DNA of 63,274 bases, counting the filler, from Octopus bimaculoides (lineage: Eukaryota), in the NCBI RefSeq assembly GCF_001194135.2. It is 4 parts of 3 records of this genome, joined end to end, with 100 filler letters (N's around TTAATTAATTAA, not from the genome) between each part and the next. Parts side by side here need not be neighbours in the genome. Positions count along the whole stretch, not along the records: positions 1 to 26,873 come from NC_068997.1; 3 more parts are not named here. One strand, written 5' to 3'. The translations under genes and the position numbers were made by a program. Shown piece by piece: positions 12,439 through 26,850 of the stretch (position 1 is its first letter; each line of letters starts with the position of its first letter). Under the pieces are notes generated by a model that saw only the letters and a list, made by a program, of their open reading frames with translations, had not been told where the DNA came from and searched no databases.

Positions 12439-13720
12439 TATGAGCACTCAGTGACCTGGATAATTGTAGATTACAATCAAATGAGACTCAGACTATAATA
12501 TGTGGCACACGCGCACATACATGCACACACATTCCCTTTGAATATACCGAATACTCATGAAGTTCTGAATGCTAATCATTTGTGTCCCTATATAAATATA
12601 AATCTCACTGTATAATTACGTATATTCGTGCATGAGTGTTTGTATGTACGTGTGGGGGGATGCGTGTTTGTGGTGCATATGATGGCTGTGCTGTCAGATG
12701 AAATGGCTATGTGATTTGCAAGTTATTTTCTTTATGAAAAACTTTGTGTTTGTTCCTGGTAAAAGTAAAAGCCAATATATATATCCTACGGCGTTCATCG
12801 ATACTGAAAGAAAATGTTCATAGTAGGAATTCGATGATATTATAAACGGACGTCATTCGATTTCCGTTAACAGTTTTGTTATTATCATTAAAGGAAAATA
12901 CAACTTTAAAGAAGGTGTCTGTCAAGATGAACACTTTCAACACCATTTCTTACACACCACCGTACTCCAGAATGTTTACCGACACACTTAATTGTCAGCT
13001 GAGCATCCATTAGGAAGAAATATCATCGAGTTGCTACTATATACCCACTATGATTTTTAGGAACTATTCGAGTTTTTTTTTTGTTTTATTTTTGCTTGTA
13101 TATTATCATAACTGAAAGAAAACATTTATTTTAAAGGTATAGTCAAAGAATTTTCAGTACAGTAACTGACGTTTATTCAAATTTATATAAAACTTACAAC
13201 AGCTTCTGATTTGAATTATGAAAACACAAAGTAATAGATCTCAAGTAAGAATACTTAGTCTAAGACTACCTGTTTCGATAGGTTTTTGGACTCTTCTGAA
13301 TTGAATCGTTTTAACTGAATGATGCTAGTGTACTCAATGTACAATTTGAACTATTGAAGAAAATTACCAGTTTGAGATGAAACATGAATAGAAAGAAAGT
13401 TCGTGGGTGAAGCTCAGAGCAAAATGTTTCGAGAGTTTTAAAACACTTTAGTTGGAATTGTGGATGGTAAGGGATAACTATAAGGAGAAAAATATTTTAT
13501 CCACAAAATTCAAAGTAAAGGTTACTACAACAGTAGAAGTGACGGATGAAAATCATTGCGAGATAATCAGGTACGATTTGACATTTGCCTTCCTCATTGT
13601 ACAGAAAACTTACAAAGGTGCGTGTGTGTGTGGAAAGTAACTTAATATTTTGTAATAATTTACGTCTTAGCCCACTGGCCCAAATACTTAACTGGTTTGT
13701 GCTGTCATCGACTTTGGCAA

Positions 13721-14959
13721 TAAATAGAATTTGGGCATTTCATTTAATAGTATCGACGCGATTATCCTAAAGAAATTATGTTGTAGGCAGAGTCATTCAA
13801 TAAGAATACTCCTTCCCAGTAATTCGGAAGTAAACTGGTGGTATATTATATTACCACTGAAGATTAAAGACAAATTTAAATAAGTATTTGTCATGTAACC
13901 AAGAAGCTTAATAGTAAACTTCTGATAAGTAGGAAACGAATTCGAAAAAATGAAAGTCTCACTTTCAAAGGGAATTTTGATCAGAAAATTTCATTCGGTC
14001 CAAATATTTTTAGAAAATAGATTTGTAAAGATGTTTTCTGTATTCGTTTAGTAACTAGATGATGGTTTCCCCGGCAACATCGATCCTACTTTTAAAGGTA
14101 ATTTTCTATTACTGTTAGCAAATCTTGATAAGTAAGAGAAAAAATTATTGATTTTATCTAAAGAAAATTTCCAAGAGATGTTAAATGAAGTTTTTCAATA
14201 TAGAAAGTTGTTTTTAAACTTACACAATAATAAAAATTGATTAAGCTAAACAAAAAGGAGCCAGTATTTGTGATGGTAATACATAAAATTCTTGCATTTT
14301 AAAATCTTTTCTTTTTTTTTTTTGCTATTAAATAAGAATAATTCCGACGACAACATTTCCAGGATGATTATTCATTATTGATCCTACATTTCCCATCATT
14401 ATTCACAATTAAGTTCTTTTATTTCCTCCACTTCAGTTCTTTTTAAATTCAATTTAATCATATTTCAATATTAATTTCTATTTTTTATGTGGTTTATACA
14501 GTGTAGTCATTTTTGATTTAAGTCATATTTAGATTCCTAATTCACTTTGATGCCTGTTCTTAATAGTTGCAAATGTTTTAGCTATTTCTTTAGTTCATTC
14601 TGTATATTTGTTGGGGTTTTTTTTTCAATGGCTTACTTCTATTAACAAATAGCAATTTTCAGTTTTATAATTTCTAATTTATAGAAGTCATATTATGTAA
14701 TCTGTGCATACTAACATTCTTTTGAGCATTATTACCAAAGTAGTATTCTAAATTCTTGTGGTAAAATGTTTTAACAAAAGTTATCTCTTTATAATAATGT
14801 CATTTATGTCAGAACTAATAAAATGATATCGATTTAAAACATAAAATAAATTATAGGAATATTAAATGATTTTAGTGAGTAATCGCTGTAATCTAAATAT
14901 TATGGAAAAATACAGTAGTCATATGTATACATATACATGTGTGGGTGGGGTTATGTGTG

Positions 14960-14999
<40 letters not shown>

Positions 15000-15929
15000 C
15001 TGTCAGGAGCCTATAGGGTCCGCTCCAGGTCTAACTTCCAGCTGTTGCTGCCTTTAATTTTCTGCTGAGTGGACTGAAGGAACGTGAAAAGAAGCGTTTG
15101 CTTCAAGAACACAATGAGCCGCTCTTGTCTGAGAATCAAAACTATAATGTTAACATTGATTATTATTCCATTATTCTAAGTTTCTTGCCAAAAAAAGCAA
15201 TACTAAGCTATATCTTACAGAAGTATGTGTTCCAAATTTTACGATTCAATCAGAATATTTTTTATTCGTTTTATTACTTTGTTAGTAATACTNNNNNNNN
15301 NNNNNNNNNNNNNNNNNNNNNNNNNNNNNNNNNNNNNNNNNNNNNNNNNNNNNNNNNNNNNNNNNNNNNNNNNNNNNNNNNNNNNNNNNNNNNNNNNNNN
15401 NNNNNNNNNNNNNNNNNNNNNNNNNNNNNNNNNNNNNNNNNNNNNNNNNNNNNNNNNNNNNNNNNNNNNNNNNNNNNNNNNNNNNNNNNNNNNNNNNNNN
15501 NNNNNNNNNNNNNNNNNNNNNNNNNNNNNNNNNNNNNNNNNNNNNNNNNNNNNNNNNNNNNNNNNNNNNNNNNNNNNNNNNNNNNNNNNNNNNNNNNNNN
15601 NNNNNNNNNNNNNNNNNNNNNNNNNNNNNNNNNNNNNNNNNNNNNNNNNNNNNNNNTATATAATAAATGTTTTTAGTGTGTAATCGCTGTAATTCAAATT
15701 GTGGCAAACTACAGTAGTCATGTGTATACATAAATAGAATTTAGGTTTTTCATTAAATAGTATCGACTCGATTATCTTAAAGAAATTATGTTGTAGACAG
15801 AATCATTCAATAAGAATACTCCTTCCCAACAATTCGGAAGTAAACTGGTGGTATATTATATTACCACTGAAGATTAAAGACAAATTTAAATAAGTATTTG
15901 TCATGTAACCAAGAAGCTTAATAGTAAAC
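13721..15929. repeat. Local direct duplication: 13721-13919 and 15731-15929; 14871-14930 and 15672-15730
   Basis: Near-identical ~200-bp blocks and a more diverged ~60-bp block seen directly. Confidence 0.85.
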
Positions 15930-16345
15930 ATCCTTTAATAGTAAACATCCTTGCACGCACGTGACCATCATCCATCTTTCTTTTCATCACGTGACCATCT
16001 TTCTTTTCCTTCACGGAAAAAATGTTTCTCACAGCGTTCGCTATTTTCCTCTCGTTCTGGTCTAACGCCCATCCATGTTTGTTTTTGTTCGGTTTCCTTG
16101 TATGTCTCCACCGTCATGTTTTTCTTCCCAACTTTGACTCTCCGTAAATCCTAAGTTTTATTTTAGAATTTATGGGAGCGACTGTTCTTGATGACTCGTA
16201 TTGTCGTAGAATGCTCGAAGTGGGGTGTAGATAGACAGCCAATGGCTGATGAAGGGTCATTTCTCTGTGTTATACTTGTCCTGTTTTCCATTTTTTTCTC
16301 GTTGTTTACGTGTGTGCATGTATATATGTACATGTGTGTGTGTAT

Positions 16346-16457
16346 GGCAGAAGTAACAAAGTGACTCAAGGTCTGGGAGCTTCGTGGGTTAGCACTTGCT
16401 TCGATAAGTGCTAACGCACGAAACTCTCAAGCTTTGAGTCACTCTGTTACTTCAGCC
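16346..16457. mobile_element. Short near-perfect palindromic (hairpin) element
   Basis: gaagtaacaaagtgactcaaggtctgggagcttcgtgggttagcactt pairs with aagtgctaacgcacgaaactctcaagctttgagtcactctgttacttc; homolog at 38051-38128. Confidence 0.8.
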
Positions 16458-16459
16458 GA

Positions 16460-16566
16460 ATATTGAATTCACCCCGAAAGGTGAAAGGTAAAGTCAACCT
16501 CGACGGAATATACACTCAGAACATGAAGACGAGGGAAGTGCCGCTAAGCATTTCGTCCAGCATAAC
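16460..16566 (-). mobile_element. SINE family B fragment
   Basis: caccccgaaaggtgaaaggtaaagtcaacctcgacggaat...gccgctaagcatttcgtccagc. Confidence 0.75.
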
Positions 16567-16748
16567 CAGGAGACATTAAGAAGTTCAAAAGAAAAGGAAG
16601 GAGGAAAAAATCGCCAACAGTCCACACATGTATGTATGTATGTATGTATGTATGTATGTATTCATGCATGTATGTATGTATGTGTGTGTATTATGTATAT
16701 GTATGTATGCATGTATATATGTGCATATATATAACTATATATATGTAT

Positions 16749-18092
<1,344 letters not shown>

Positions 18093-18491
18093 TGCATATA
18101 TCATTCCGTGAGACTAAGCAACGTTGAATATATTTTCTTTTGAACATTTTACACTCTAATTTTAATATTTGTTGAAATTCAATTGCGATTTCAAAATTAA
18201 ACAAATATATCATCAAACAATATTAAGGAGAACATGTCATTTTAAAATAAACATTGGCAAAAAATAATAATTGTAAACATCAATATTTCTATCAAAATAT
18301 CACAATTATAGAGTGAAATGGACGAAATTAGAATAGACATCCAGTTTTCTATTTGATGTGTCCAGTTAGTAGAGCACTTTGACTGCAAATGATAGCGTGT
18401 CTTCAATGAATACGTCAACAAAAGTAAAGAACTGAAATATAGAAATGTTATAGATTTACTGATACTGAATACAGCATAACTGTGGATATGC

Positions 18492-18546
<55 letters not shown>

Positions 18547-18614
18547 AGTGTGTGTGTGTGTATGTGTGTGTGTGTATAGGTGCATACATGTATGCATATG
18601 TTTTTTATGTGCAA

Positions 18615-18615
<1 letters not shown>

Positions 18616-18653
<38 letters not shown>

Positions 18654-18678
18654 ATGGTGGTGGTGGTGGTGGTGGTGG

Positions 18679-18723
<45 letters not shown>
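18616..18723. repeat. Compound microsatellite (TAG)n(TGG)n(TGA)n; many other (TG)n, (TA)n, (TATG)n and (TC)n arrays lie throughout the window
   Basis: Seen directly. Confidence 0.95.
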
Positions 18724-18725
<2 letters not shown>

Positions 18726-18879
18726 GGCATCGAATTACTTTTTAAAGGAAATTGATGATCAAATATGTTCTAGCCATGACCATATACACTTTGTAAGACA
18801 TCATTTAGGAGAGATTTGCTGCTGTTTCTGGCAGGTCAAATAAGCACATAGGTGCCTCCTCATCATAGAGTTGTAAGTG

Positions 18880-19270
18880 GTGGAGCGTGTGGGAAGCATA
18901 AACTCAGTTAAATATCAGTCCATATTGCAGAAAGGATTCCTTCCAATTTTTTCCAGTGGTAAAATGATTAAAGAAAACTCTCTTTATGGAATAAGGGGCT
19001 CCTTGTCACACAGCTAAAAAGACCCACGATTGGTTGGAAGACAATGACATTAAAAAGCTTCCATGGCCAAACCAGCCAGTCACAAGATATGAACCATATA
19101 GAACGTCTCGTAAAAAGAACAAAAAAGCATCTCAAAACCAGATCTTTTTAGATTATTGCATGAAACTTGGCAAGAAATTCTTCAAGAGAATATTTTTCAT
19201 CTGATTAGGAGCATGCCTTATGGGGTCCTTGCATTCAAAAATGCAAAAGATATGCCAACTAAATATTAAA
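18880..19270 (+). mobile_element. Tc1-type (DD34E) transposase 3' fragment
   Basis: NSVKYQSILQKGFLP, GAPCHTAKKTHDWLEDNDIKKLPWP, SQDMNHIE and terminal GYATKY-like motif. Confidence 0.8.
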
Positions 19271-19649
19271 TATTTACGTTATAATAATTAATAAATAATT
19301 TGTATGTATAATTTCAGATTTAAATAAATTTTAACGATTATAAGGGTGTTACTTCTGTATTATCTGTGTATATAAAACAATATAACAACAGCGACAACCA
19401 CGGCCACTCCTCAATACTAGCACAGTTGATGAACTATTAAACTCCACAATCAACGGCCCTTCACAGTTCAGCTATCCACTTCCTCATTTCCTTGGAATAC
19501 CACAAGTGACCCATCATCATTATTATCATCATGTTCTACTGCGACCACCCTTACCACGACTAAATAATAGTAACAACAACAAGATCAGCATTGGAAGTCA
19601 CTCTTCAATTCTAGAACAACCGATGACCTATTAAACTCCACAATCAAGA

Positions 19650-20480
19650 GCCGTCGCCATGTTGCAAGCCTGTGTCTGTTGCATCAAACGAGAGTATATT
19701 TAGCACATTTCGTTGTTTGAAGACCTGACTCCATACCACAATGACGCAACACAGTCTGACGCACTGTGCTGTAATGCATGTACGTAAAATCTTGTGCAAT
19801 GAAAATACTTTGGACATCCTCTTGAAAAATTTCATCACCAAAACGATGGACCTGAGTTAGCACCCACTAAGCAAATTTCGTTCCCGGGCCACTGCTACAT
19901 CGGCATTCTATAAAGAACTGGTGGAAAGGAAGAGCGATTTTGTTCTCGAGAAACTCCGGGAATCGACGAAAATCAGTTACCTCGTTTATTCCAAAAGTGG
20001 ATAACTTCCAGAAACCCTTTCCCTGTTGAGCTACGAGAGAGCATTGTTGAAGACAAACTCTGCAAGGACAGAAGTGTCGTTAGCTGGGTCGGTCAGTGAT
20101 ACGTGCAGAACAACGAAGCTATTTTGTATGCCAGTGTCCGATGACTACTGGCTTGTGGAATTTTGTTGAACACTTGTTGCAAGTGGGTCAGATTGGCCTG
20201 TTAGTCGAGTCCATCGTAAAGATCACTACGCCGCCTTTCTTTCAACGTGAAGAGTAGCTTTCCTCTGTCAGTAGGCTATTGCTAAAAAAGTAGTGTGGTA
20301 GAATAGTCTGAAAGTACAAAAGACAGACACCTTCCACTACGACTAAGCTCTCAACAACTTTTTCAAGTTTTACTTGCAAAGAACAATTAAGTTAGAGAGG
20401 TAAGTTCTGTTTATTAGTAAATTCTTTACAACTGAAAGTAGCAAATATCATTCGTGTAAACGGGCCTGTTCTAGGCATGC
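19650..20480 (+). mobile_element. Tx1/L1-clade LINE ORF2 3' remnant
   Basis: ATSAFYKELVERKS, DNFQK and ESIVKITTPPFFQRE resemble the C-terminal region of Tx1-like ORF2; many frameshifts. Confidence 0.55.
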
Positions 20481-20569
20481 GCCAGTAGGCCACAAAGCGA
20501 AATGTGAAAGAGCGCAACTTGACCCAAGTAATGAGGGTCATCGACATTTTGTGGCGTTTTCTTCATCAA

Positions 20570-21340
20570 ACTTTTGCAGTTATTCATCCTGATATTTCTT
20601 AATTTTTGGGGCACACTCTCTATTATCACTTGGTATTGGAAAGTCTATGATTTTCCACTGCATATTTTCATGTCTTCTACGATTATATCCGGGTTCTTTG
20701 CTTGATTATGAACTTCATACTTCTAACTCTTGTAGTTTTGTCTACATTGGTAAAGAAACAATAACTCAATAATGACATAGCCAATGTATTCATTGCCTTG
20801 ATAAAATTCTTTCTATTTAGTTTTGTTTCGAGCACCTTCCTAATCCTTCTCTTGTACTCTTTGGAGACTCATTTTTATTTCCATTTCCAGTAGCACACCC
20901 TGGTACTGTATCCTTCACTGTCTCTCAGTGATCTAAAGTTGTAATTTTCAGCCTCTCTTCATAATTAAAACTGCATATTTATTTACTCCAAACTGCTTAC
21001 AAATATCGTCGCTAAATACTTTTACTGTTTGGACAAGAGAAGCGGGGTCCTTTTTTAATTTTGGTGTTTTGTTTGAGGTCCACCATATATTTATAACAAG
21101 TCATAAATTTATCAAGCTCATAGACAGGGCTGGATTATCTCAGTGTTAACGCAATGACGTAAAGTAATGGAGAGAGCGTGCGAGTTTCTATGAAATATAC
21201 CACTCTGTATTTTCACACTTCCCAATGACTCATTTTTTGTTCTACTTTCCATGATCGCTGTTTGGCAGCATTTGACATACCATTCTCCTGGTGTTCATTC
21301 TTATTGTTCAACTCTTGATAATATTTTCCTTTCATTACTT
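20570..21340 (-). mobile_element. R4/Dong-like LINE remnant (RT plus restriction-like endonuclease, RLE)
   Basis: YMVDLK, SLVQTVKVFSDDICKQFGVNK, EYKRRIRKVLETKLN..FIKAMNTLA, and PDIIVED...IIDF.IPSDNRV...KKYQD (RLE motif). Confidence 0.7.
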
Positions 21341-22491
21341 CTGAAAAGCTGGTAAAGCTGATACTGGTTTATTCTTTGTTAGTATCTAGACTTCTTTTTA
21401 TGACATGGCCGTAATTTTTCACTTATTTCTTCTGTACTTACCTATAATCCTCTGTGTAATGTATTTTCTCTGGAACTCGTTTCTGCCTCTTCCCTTCGCT
21501 GTCTTCTTTTCAATTATTGCATTTATCCTTCCAAGATCAGGTGTTCACCATTTCTACCATGAGTGGTAGTCTCTTTGTTTTGCTTGATTCTTAACCCCCA
21601 GGAATTCTTACAGCAGCAGTGGTTGTACACTGCGTGAGGCTACACATTCTCGACATTGATTTTCGTTAAGAACTCATCCATCTTTGCTACTTGACGCCGT
21701 TTTTCATATGACTGGTAATCTCGTTCTTTCACTTATTCGTATTTCATTTAAACGTTAAAGTAAGCTCCTTTCATCCTCTTTAATATCCTTTCCTTCCAAT
21801 CCTAGCAACTATTTCTCTCCTTCTGGTGATGTATTAGTCTTTCTGTCAATTCTTGTTCGATTTTTTTCTTCTATGTAGTTATGTTCCTCATCTTTGAAGA
21901 TGAAAGGATTAACTTTCGATACATAGCAGTTTTTGAGCCGACTTTAAATTTGCTTTTCTCGATAGTTAAGTAACAGTATTACATTTTCATGGCATTATCA
22001 TTATAAATAGCGTATATACTTAAATTTCATTCGTGAAAATATCTACAATAATTTGAGGGTTCAATGTTATTAGGTAAAATACTTGTTATTTACCTCTATA
22101 AATAGAGAAAGTATAAAGACATCTATCGAAAAACAACGTGAAAAATGAGGTCTGAAAACGAGATGTTGATTAGAAAAGAAAACTGTAGCTATTTAGTAAG
22201 TCACGGGAAAAATTAATTCGCAATTAATGCAAATTGGAAGAGAAATTCATAACGATGTAATTGAATGAAAACTGAAACTATTTAAGCATATGTTAATAAA
22301 TTGTATGTCGACGTTATTTTTAATTAAAAATAATGATACACTTAATGAGTTGTACATCGATACAAGAAATGAAAGTATTAGTTTTAATAAAAATACAAGA
22401 AATATTTAAGCGTCACGAAATATTTAAGTGAGGTATGTATAATTTGTTCCTATATGGTTGCATTCGCTATCTCTTAATAGCTCTCTCTCTC

Positions 22492-22532
<41 letters not shown>

Positions 22533-22623
22533 ATGTATGCATGTGTGTATTGTGTGTATGCCTGTGTGTATGTATGTATGTATGTATGTATGCATGTGTG
22601 TGTGCACGTGTGTGTGTGTGTAA

Positions 22624-22850
22624 GTACGTGGTTTAGTGTTAGGGTGTTGCACTCATGATCAAAATATTGTGGTTTCGATTGCAGGACCGGGCGATGTGTT
22701 GCGTTCGAGAGCAAAACACTTCATTTCACGTTGCTCCAGTCTACTCTGCTGGAACAAAATTAGTTAATCATGCGACGGACCGGCGTCCCGTCCAAGGTAA
22801 GAGATATATACACCACAGAATCCGAGAAACCGGCTTTATTAGCCCATATC
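22624..22850 (+). mobile_element. tRNA-derived SINE family C
   Basis: A/B-box-like head gtggtttagtgttaggg...ggtttcgattgc and core gcgacggaccggcgtcccgtcca; homolog at 26397. Confidence 0.8.
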
Positions 22851-22954
22851 TCGGAAAGGACCTTGGATCCTCCTTTTATGTATGTATGTATGTATGTATG
22901 TATGCATATATGTATGCACGTATGTATGTATGTATGCATGTATGTATGTATGTA

Positions 22955-24090
22955 TTCATCCCTCGACACTGTACACAGATCAACTTTTGGGGTATCCTCC
23001 TCAGGCTGAGTTGCCCGGAAAAGTTCACTGGGCTCATTCGATCTCTTCATGACAACATGAAAGCATGAGTTTGTGTCAGTCGTAAACTACTAGAACCCGT
23101 CCCAGTCGAATCAGTTGTTAAACAAGGATAATCTGGCCCCTATATTGTTCGCCATATTTGCATTGCGCATAGCAATGTGGTGTCTACATCTGATACCGTA
23201 CAAAAGAAAAGTTTTTCTATACCCGCCGTTTTACTACAGTAGCAAAAACATTCATGACTCTCATCTATGATCTCCTTTACGCTGGTGATTGCGATCTCGT
23301 AGCTCACACTGAGGAAGACCTGCAGCTCCTGATGGGCTGCTTTTCAGTTATGTGTGATAAGTTTGGACTTAGATTCAGTCTTCAGAAGACCTTAGCCGTG
23401 GTACAGCCAGCACCAGGCAAGCTATATGTCCCATCATTGATATATACCAAGGGTACAACGTTAAAAGTCGTGGAGACGTTTTTAGCGCACTAGTTGGGTT
23501 TAATGCACTTACTAAGATCTGTGTTGCGTTTGGAAAGCTTAAATTGAGGCTTTAGTTGCAATCAGACATCAAAACAGCAACGAAATTTGAGGTCTAACTG
23601 CGCTTTTGTATGGATGTGAGACCTGAACAACTTAACTTACTTCTAGCATATTCAACGTTTTGAACGATTCCACCAGCGATGCTTGCGTAAGATCCTGAAA
23701 ATCTCGTGGTGACATTATGTCCTTCATAGGAAAGTACAGCAGCTAGCGAAAATGACGAGTATCGAACCTGTGATTAAGAAACAGTAACTTAGACGATCTG
23801 GTAATCTTGTCAATTTAGAGAATACTCGTGTGACAAAACAGTTGTTGTATGGTGAGCCGGAGGAAGGAAAACGTATCCAATATAAGTGATGCAAATGTTT
23901 CAACGACAATCTTAAAGACACGCTCAAAATTATCGATACTGATATGTGGGAAGATCTAGCATCAGATAGAGAGCTGAGGAGGAATTTGATTGCTACTGGT
24001 GTTAAAGAATCTTGAGTACAAATAGGGTTGCATACTCTGAGTTGACACTTACTGGTATATACAGATAATGTAAACCCTCTGCCTGAGAAG
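22955..24090 (+). mobile_element. RTE/BovB-like LINE RT 3' half, decayed
   Basis: WGILLRLSCPEKFTGLIRSLHDNMKA, LLYAGDCDLVAHTEEDLQLLMGCF..DKFGL, RFHQRCLRKILKISW, KQLLYGE. Confidence 0.85.
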
Positions 24091-24439
24091 GGCACGAAAG
24101 AGTTCTTTCGTGTGACCAGTCTGGTTGTGTCTGCTTCTTATAGACAGGCCTACTCAGCCACAAACGTGGTTGCAGAGGCGCCCATGTCTACCAACGTGGT
24201 AACCAGTATGTTCTTCGGTGCACCTTCTGTAGCAGAGTGTGTGGATCAGCCAGTGGATTGTATGTTTGTATGCATGTCATTATTCAGTTTTATTTCAAGG
24301 TTTATAGCCAATAGAGAAAGAGCCGATTTCTAACCTAGACACTTGTTTTCGTTTTAGGTAGAGGTATTTACGTCACTACTGATATGAAAATTATATGTGC
24401 TGATTAGTATCTTCCGGATTTTCACGTCAAATGCTCGTA

Positions 24440-25065
24440 TCTCATCCAACATCCAATCAAGTAGCTCTGAATGTTGGTATGAGTACTAGCACTGCAAACA
24501 CATAGTGGGTCACTGTTTTATTGAATGCAGAGAGTTCTGAGGTCCTTATTTTCTTTATTCGGCTGTAACATTCTTTAGTGACTCGTGTTTTGTTACAAGT
24601 GTCATCGTACGATATGTTTTCATTCACCCCTAGATATCTGTAACATTCCTCATCAGATATAGAGAAAACAGTTAAGCTATTGATGGAGATGTTGCTAGTC
24701 TGATTTACAGTTTTCCCTCTTTTCACAACCTCATAACAATATGTATCCTGACCAAAATCCAACCCTATATCCTTTGAGAATATTGTAACCAGGTCAAGGC
24801 TTTTTTCCATCTCATGCATATTTTTGGCATATAGTTTCAAGTCATTCACAAAGAAGCAATGTGTAATTCTGGTATTTCGGCTTCCTTGTGAACCAATAAG
24901 ATACCCTTCAGATTTCCTTAGCATGAATGACAAAGGGTTTACAGAAAGTATAAACAACATCACAGAGAGGCTGTCCCCTTGCAATATTCTTCTACGATAC
25001 TATACTCTATCAGCGATAATACAATCACTCCTTGTATTAAACTTCAATATGGTGGGCCACGATGA
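24440..25065 (-). mobile_element. R4/Dong-like LINE RT fragment (175-codon open stretch)
   Basis: QGDSLSVMLFILSVNPLS...HCFFVNDLKLYAK...FSKDIGLDFG...YRYLGV. Confidence 0.85.
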
Positions 25066-25454
25066 AGTCAGTCAGCTACGGCTTTGTATGTATGTATGTA
25101 TGTACAGTGGGCGCAGTATAGCCAAATGCTTAAGAAGTCCGTTTGGCAGCCACGAAGTTCGGGGTTTCATTTCACTATGTGGCATCTTGAGTAAGTATCA
25201 TTTTCTTTAGCCTCGGATCAACCCTTATTTTATGCTTGAAATTGGGCAGATTGAAACTATCGAGTGGATCGTACCTGTAATTCAAAAGGCACAGCGTTGT
25301 TACATACTATGTCACGCTGATTCTGCCTGAGAATTTCGGTAAAGCTACTATTATCTATGGAATGATGCTCATTCATTCAGAAGCAAGTAATTCAGTTAAC
25401 CTAACAACTGGATCCATCGAACGGCGGATGGGCGGACAGACGTGCGCAGCGACG

Positions 25455-25518
<64 letters not shown>

Positions 25519-25684
25519 TGCATACATACATAGTTTTAGTGATGCGCACAAGAAAATAGGACTCAAAGCATGAGTTTATATAATCGACATTAGTTGCAGA
25601 GTAACTCAGGGGTCGAGAGTTTGGTACGTTGGTACTTATCAAACTGGTTTCAAATCAAGAGAGCTTGCATATACATACTAGGAC

Positions 25685-26043
25685 AATACACTGCAAAGAT
25701 CACATCACAGAAGATCGAAGAGCTTGGTTGGAAAATAATTCCTCATCCACCTTATTCTCCCGACCTTGCTCCTTCAGACTACCATTTGTTTCGTAGTTTA
25801 CAGAATCATTTGGGGGACATAACTTTCGCAAGCCAGGAGGAGGTCGAAACTGACATTCCAGAGTTCTTCGCTTTGAACCCAAAAGAGTTTTACATTGATG
25901 GGATTAAAAAGCTTGTAAATAGATGGAAGGAAGTCATAGATAATCAGGGAAAGTACATTGATGATTAAATTTCAATTAAATATAACATTTGATCACTTGT
26001 TTTCTTTATTCAAAATTGGGACAGAACTTATAGGATGACCTGG
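25685..26043 (+). mobile_element. Mariner transposase 3' fragment with right TIR
   Basis: TAKITSQKIEELGWKIIPHPPYSPDLAPSDYHLFRSLQNHL...FYIDGIKKLVNRWKEVIDNQGKYIDD*; TIR-like end followed by TA at 26044-5; no left TIR found. Confidence 0.9.
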
Positions 26044-26160
26044 TACATACCTACAAGCATTGTGATACATACCCACACTGATGTCCACACGCCTGTAAGC
26101 AAACAGAATAGTTAGCTACATCTATATTGGATAAGGAAGAGACTATACTGGTATTTGTTA

Positions 26161-26380
26161 TCTTTTATCTTTTACTTGTTTCAGTCATTTGACTGAGGCC
26201 ATGCTGGAACACCGCTTTGAAGAGTTTTAGTCGAGCAAATCAACCCCAGGACTTACTTTTAAAGCCTACTGCTTATTCTGTCGGTCTCTTTTGCCGAACT
26301 ACTAAGTTACGGGGACGGAAAGACATCAACACTCGTTATCAAGCGGTGGGGGGAACAGACACTGACATAATGACACATAC
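26161..26380 (-). mobile_element. SINE family A 3' part
   Basis: cttttacttgtttcagtcatttgactgaggccatgctgg...aagttacggggacg. Confidence 0.9.
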
Positions 26381-26396
26381 TCGTGTGTGTGTGTGT

Positions 26397-26643
26397 GGAG
26401 GTGCGTGGCTTAGTGGTTAGGGTGTCAGCACCATGATCGTAAGGTAGTGGTTTCGATTCCTGGACCGGGCGATGCGTTGTGTTCTTGAGCAAAACACTTC
26501 ATTTCACGTTGCTCCAGTCCACTCAGCCGGAAAAAATGAGTAACGCTGCGATGGACTGGCATCCCTTCCAGCTGGGAAACACATACGCCACTGAAACCGG
26601 GAAACCGGGCCCATGAGCCTGGCTAGCCTTTAAAAAGGCGCAT
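26397..26643 (+). mobile_element. SINE family C, full length (V/Meta-like core)
   Basis: Head ggaggtgcgtggcttagtggttaggg...ggtttcgattcc; core gcgatggactggcatcccttccag. Confidence 0.9.
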
Positions 26644-26644
26644 T

Positions 26645-26850
26645 GTTAATACGCCGGGCGAAATGCTTAGCGGTGTTTCGTTTGCTGTTACTTTCTGAGT
26701 TCAAACTCCGCCAAGGTCGACTTTGCTTTTCATCCTTTCGGGGTCGATTAAATAAGTACCAGTTACACACTGGGGTCGATGTAATTGACTTAAACCATTT
26801 GTCTGTCCTTGTTTGTCCCCTCTATGTTTAGCCCCCTGTGGGCAATAAAG
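26645..26850 (+). mobile_element. SINE family B, lacking the first ~20 nt
   Basis: Reverse complement of 5272-5490. Confidence 0.9.

Noticed and set aside
14300-14860. Faint Naiad-like traces on the minus strand (TLYKPHK)
   Set aside because: Too decayed to support without alignment
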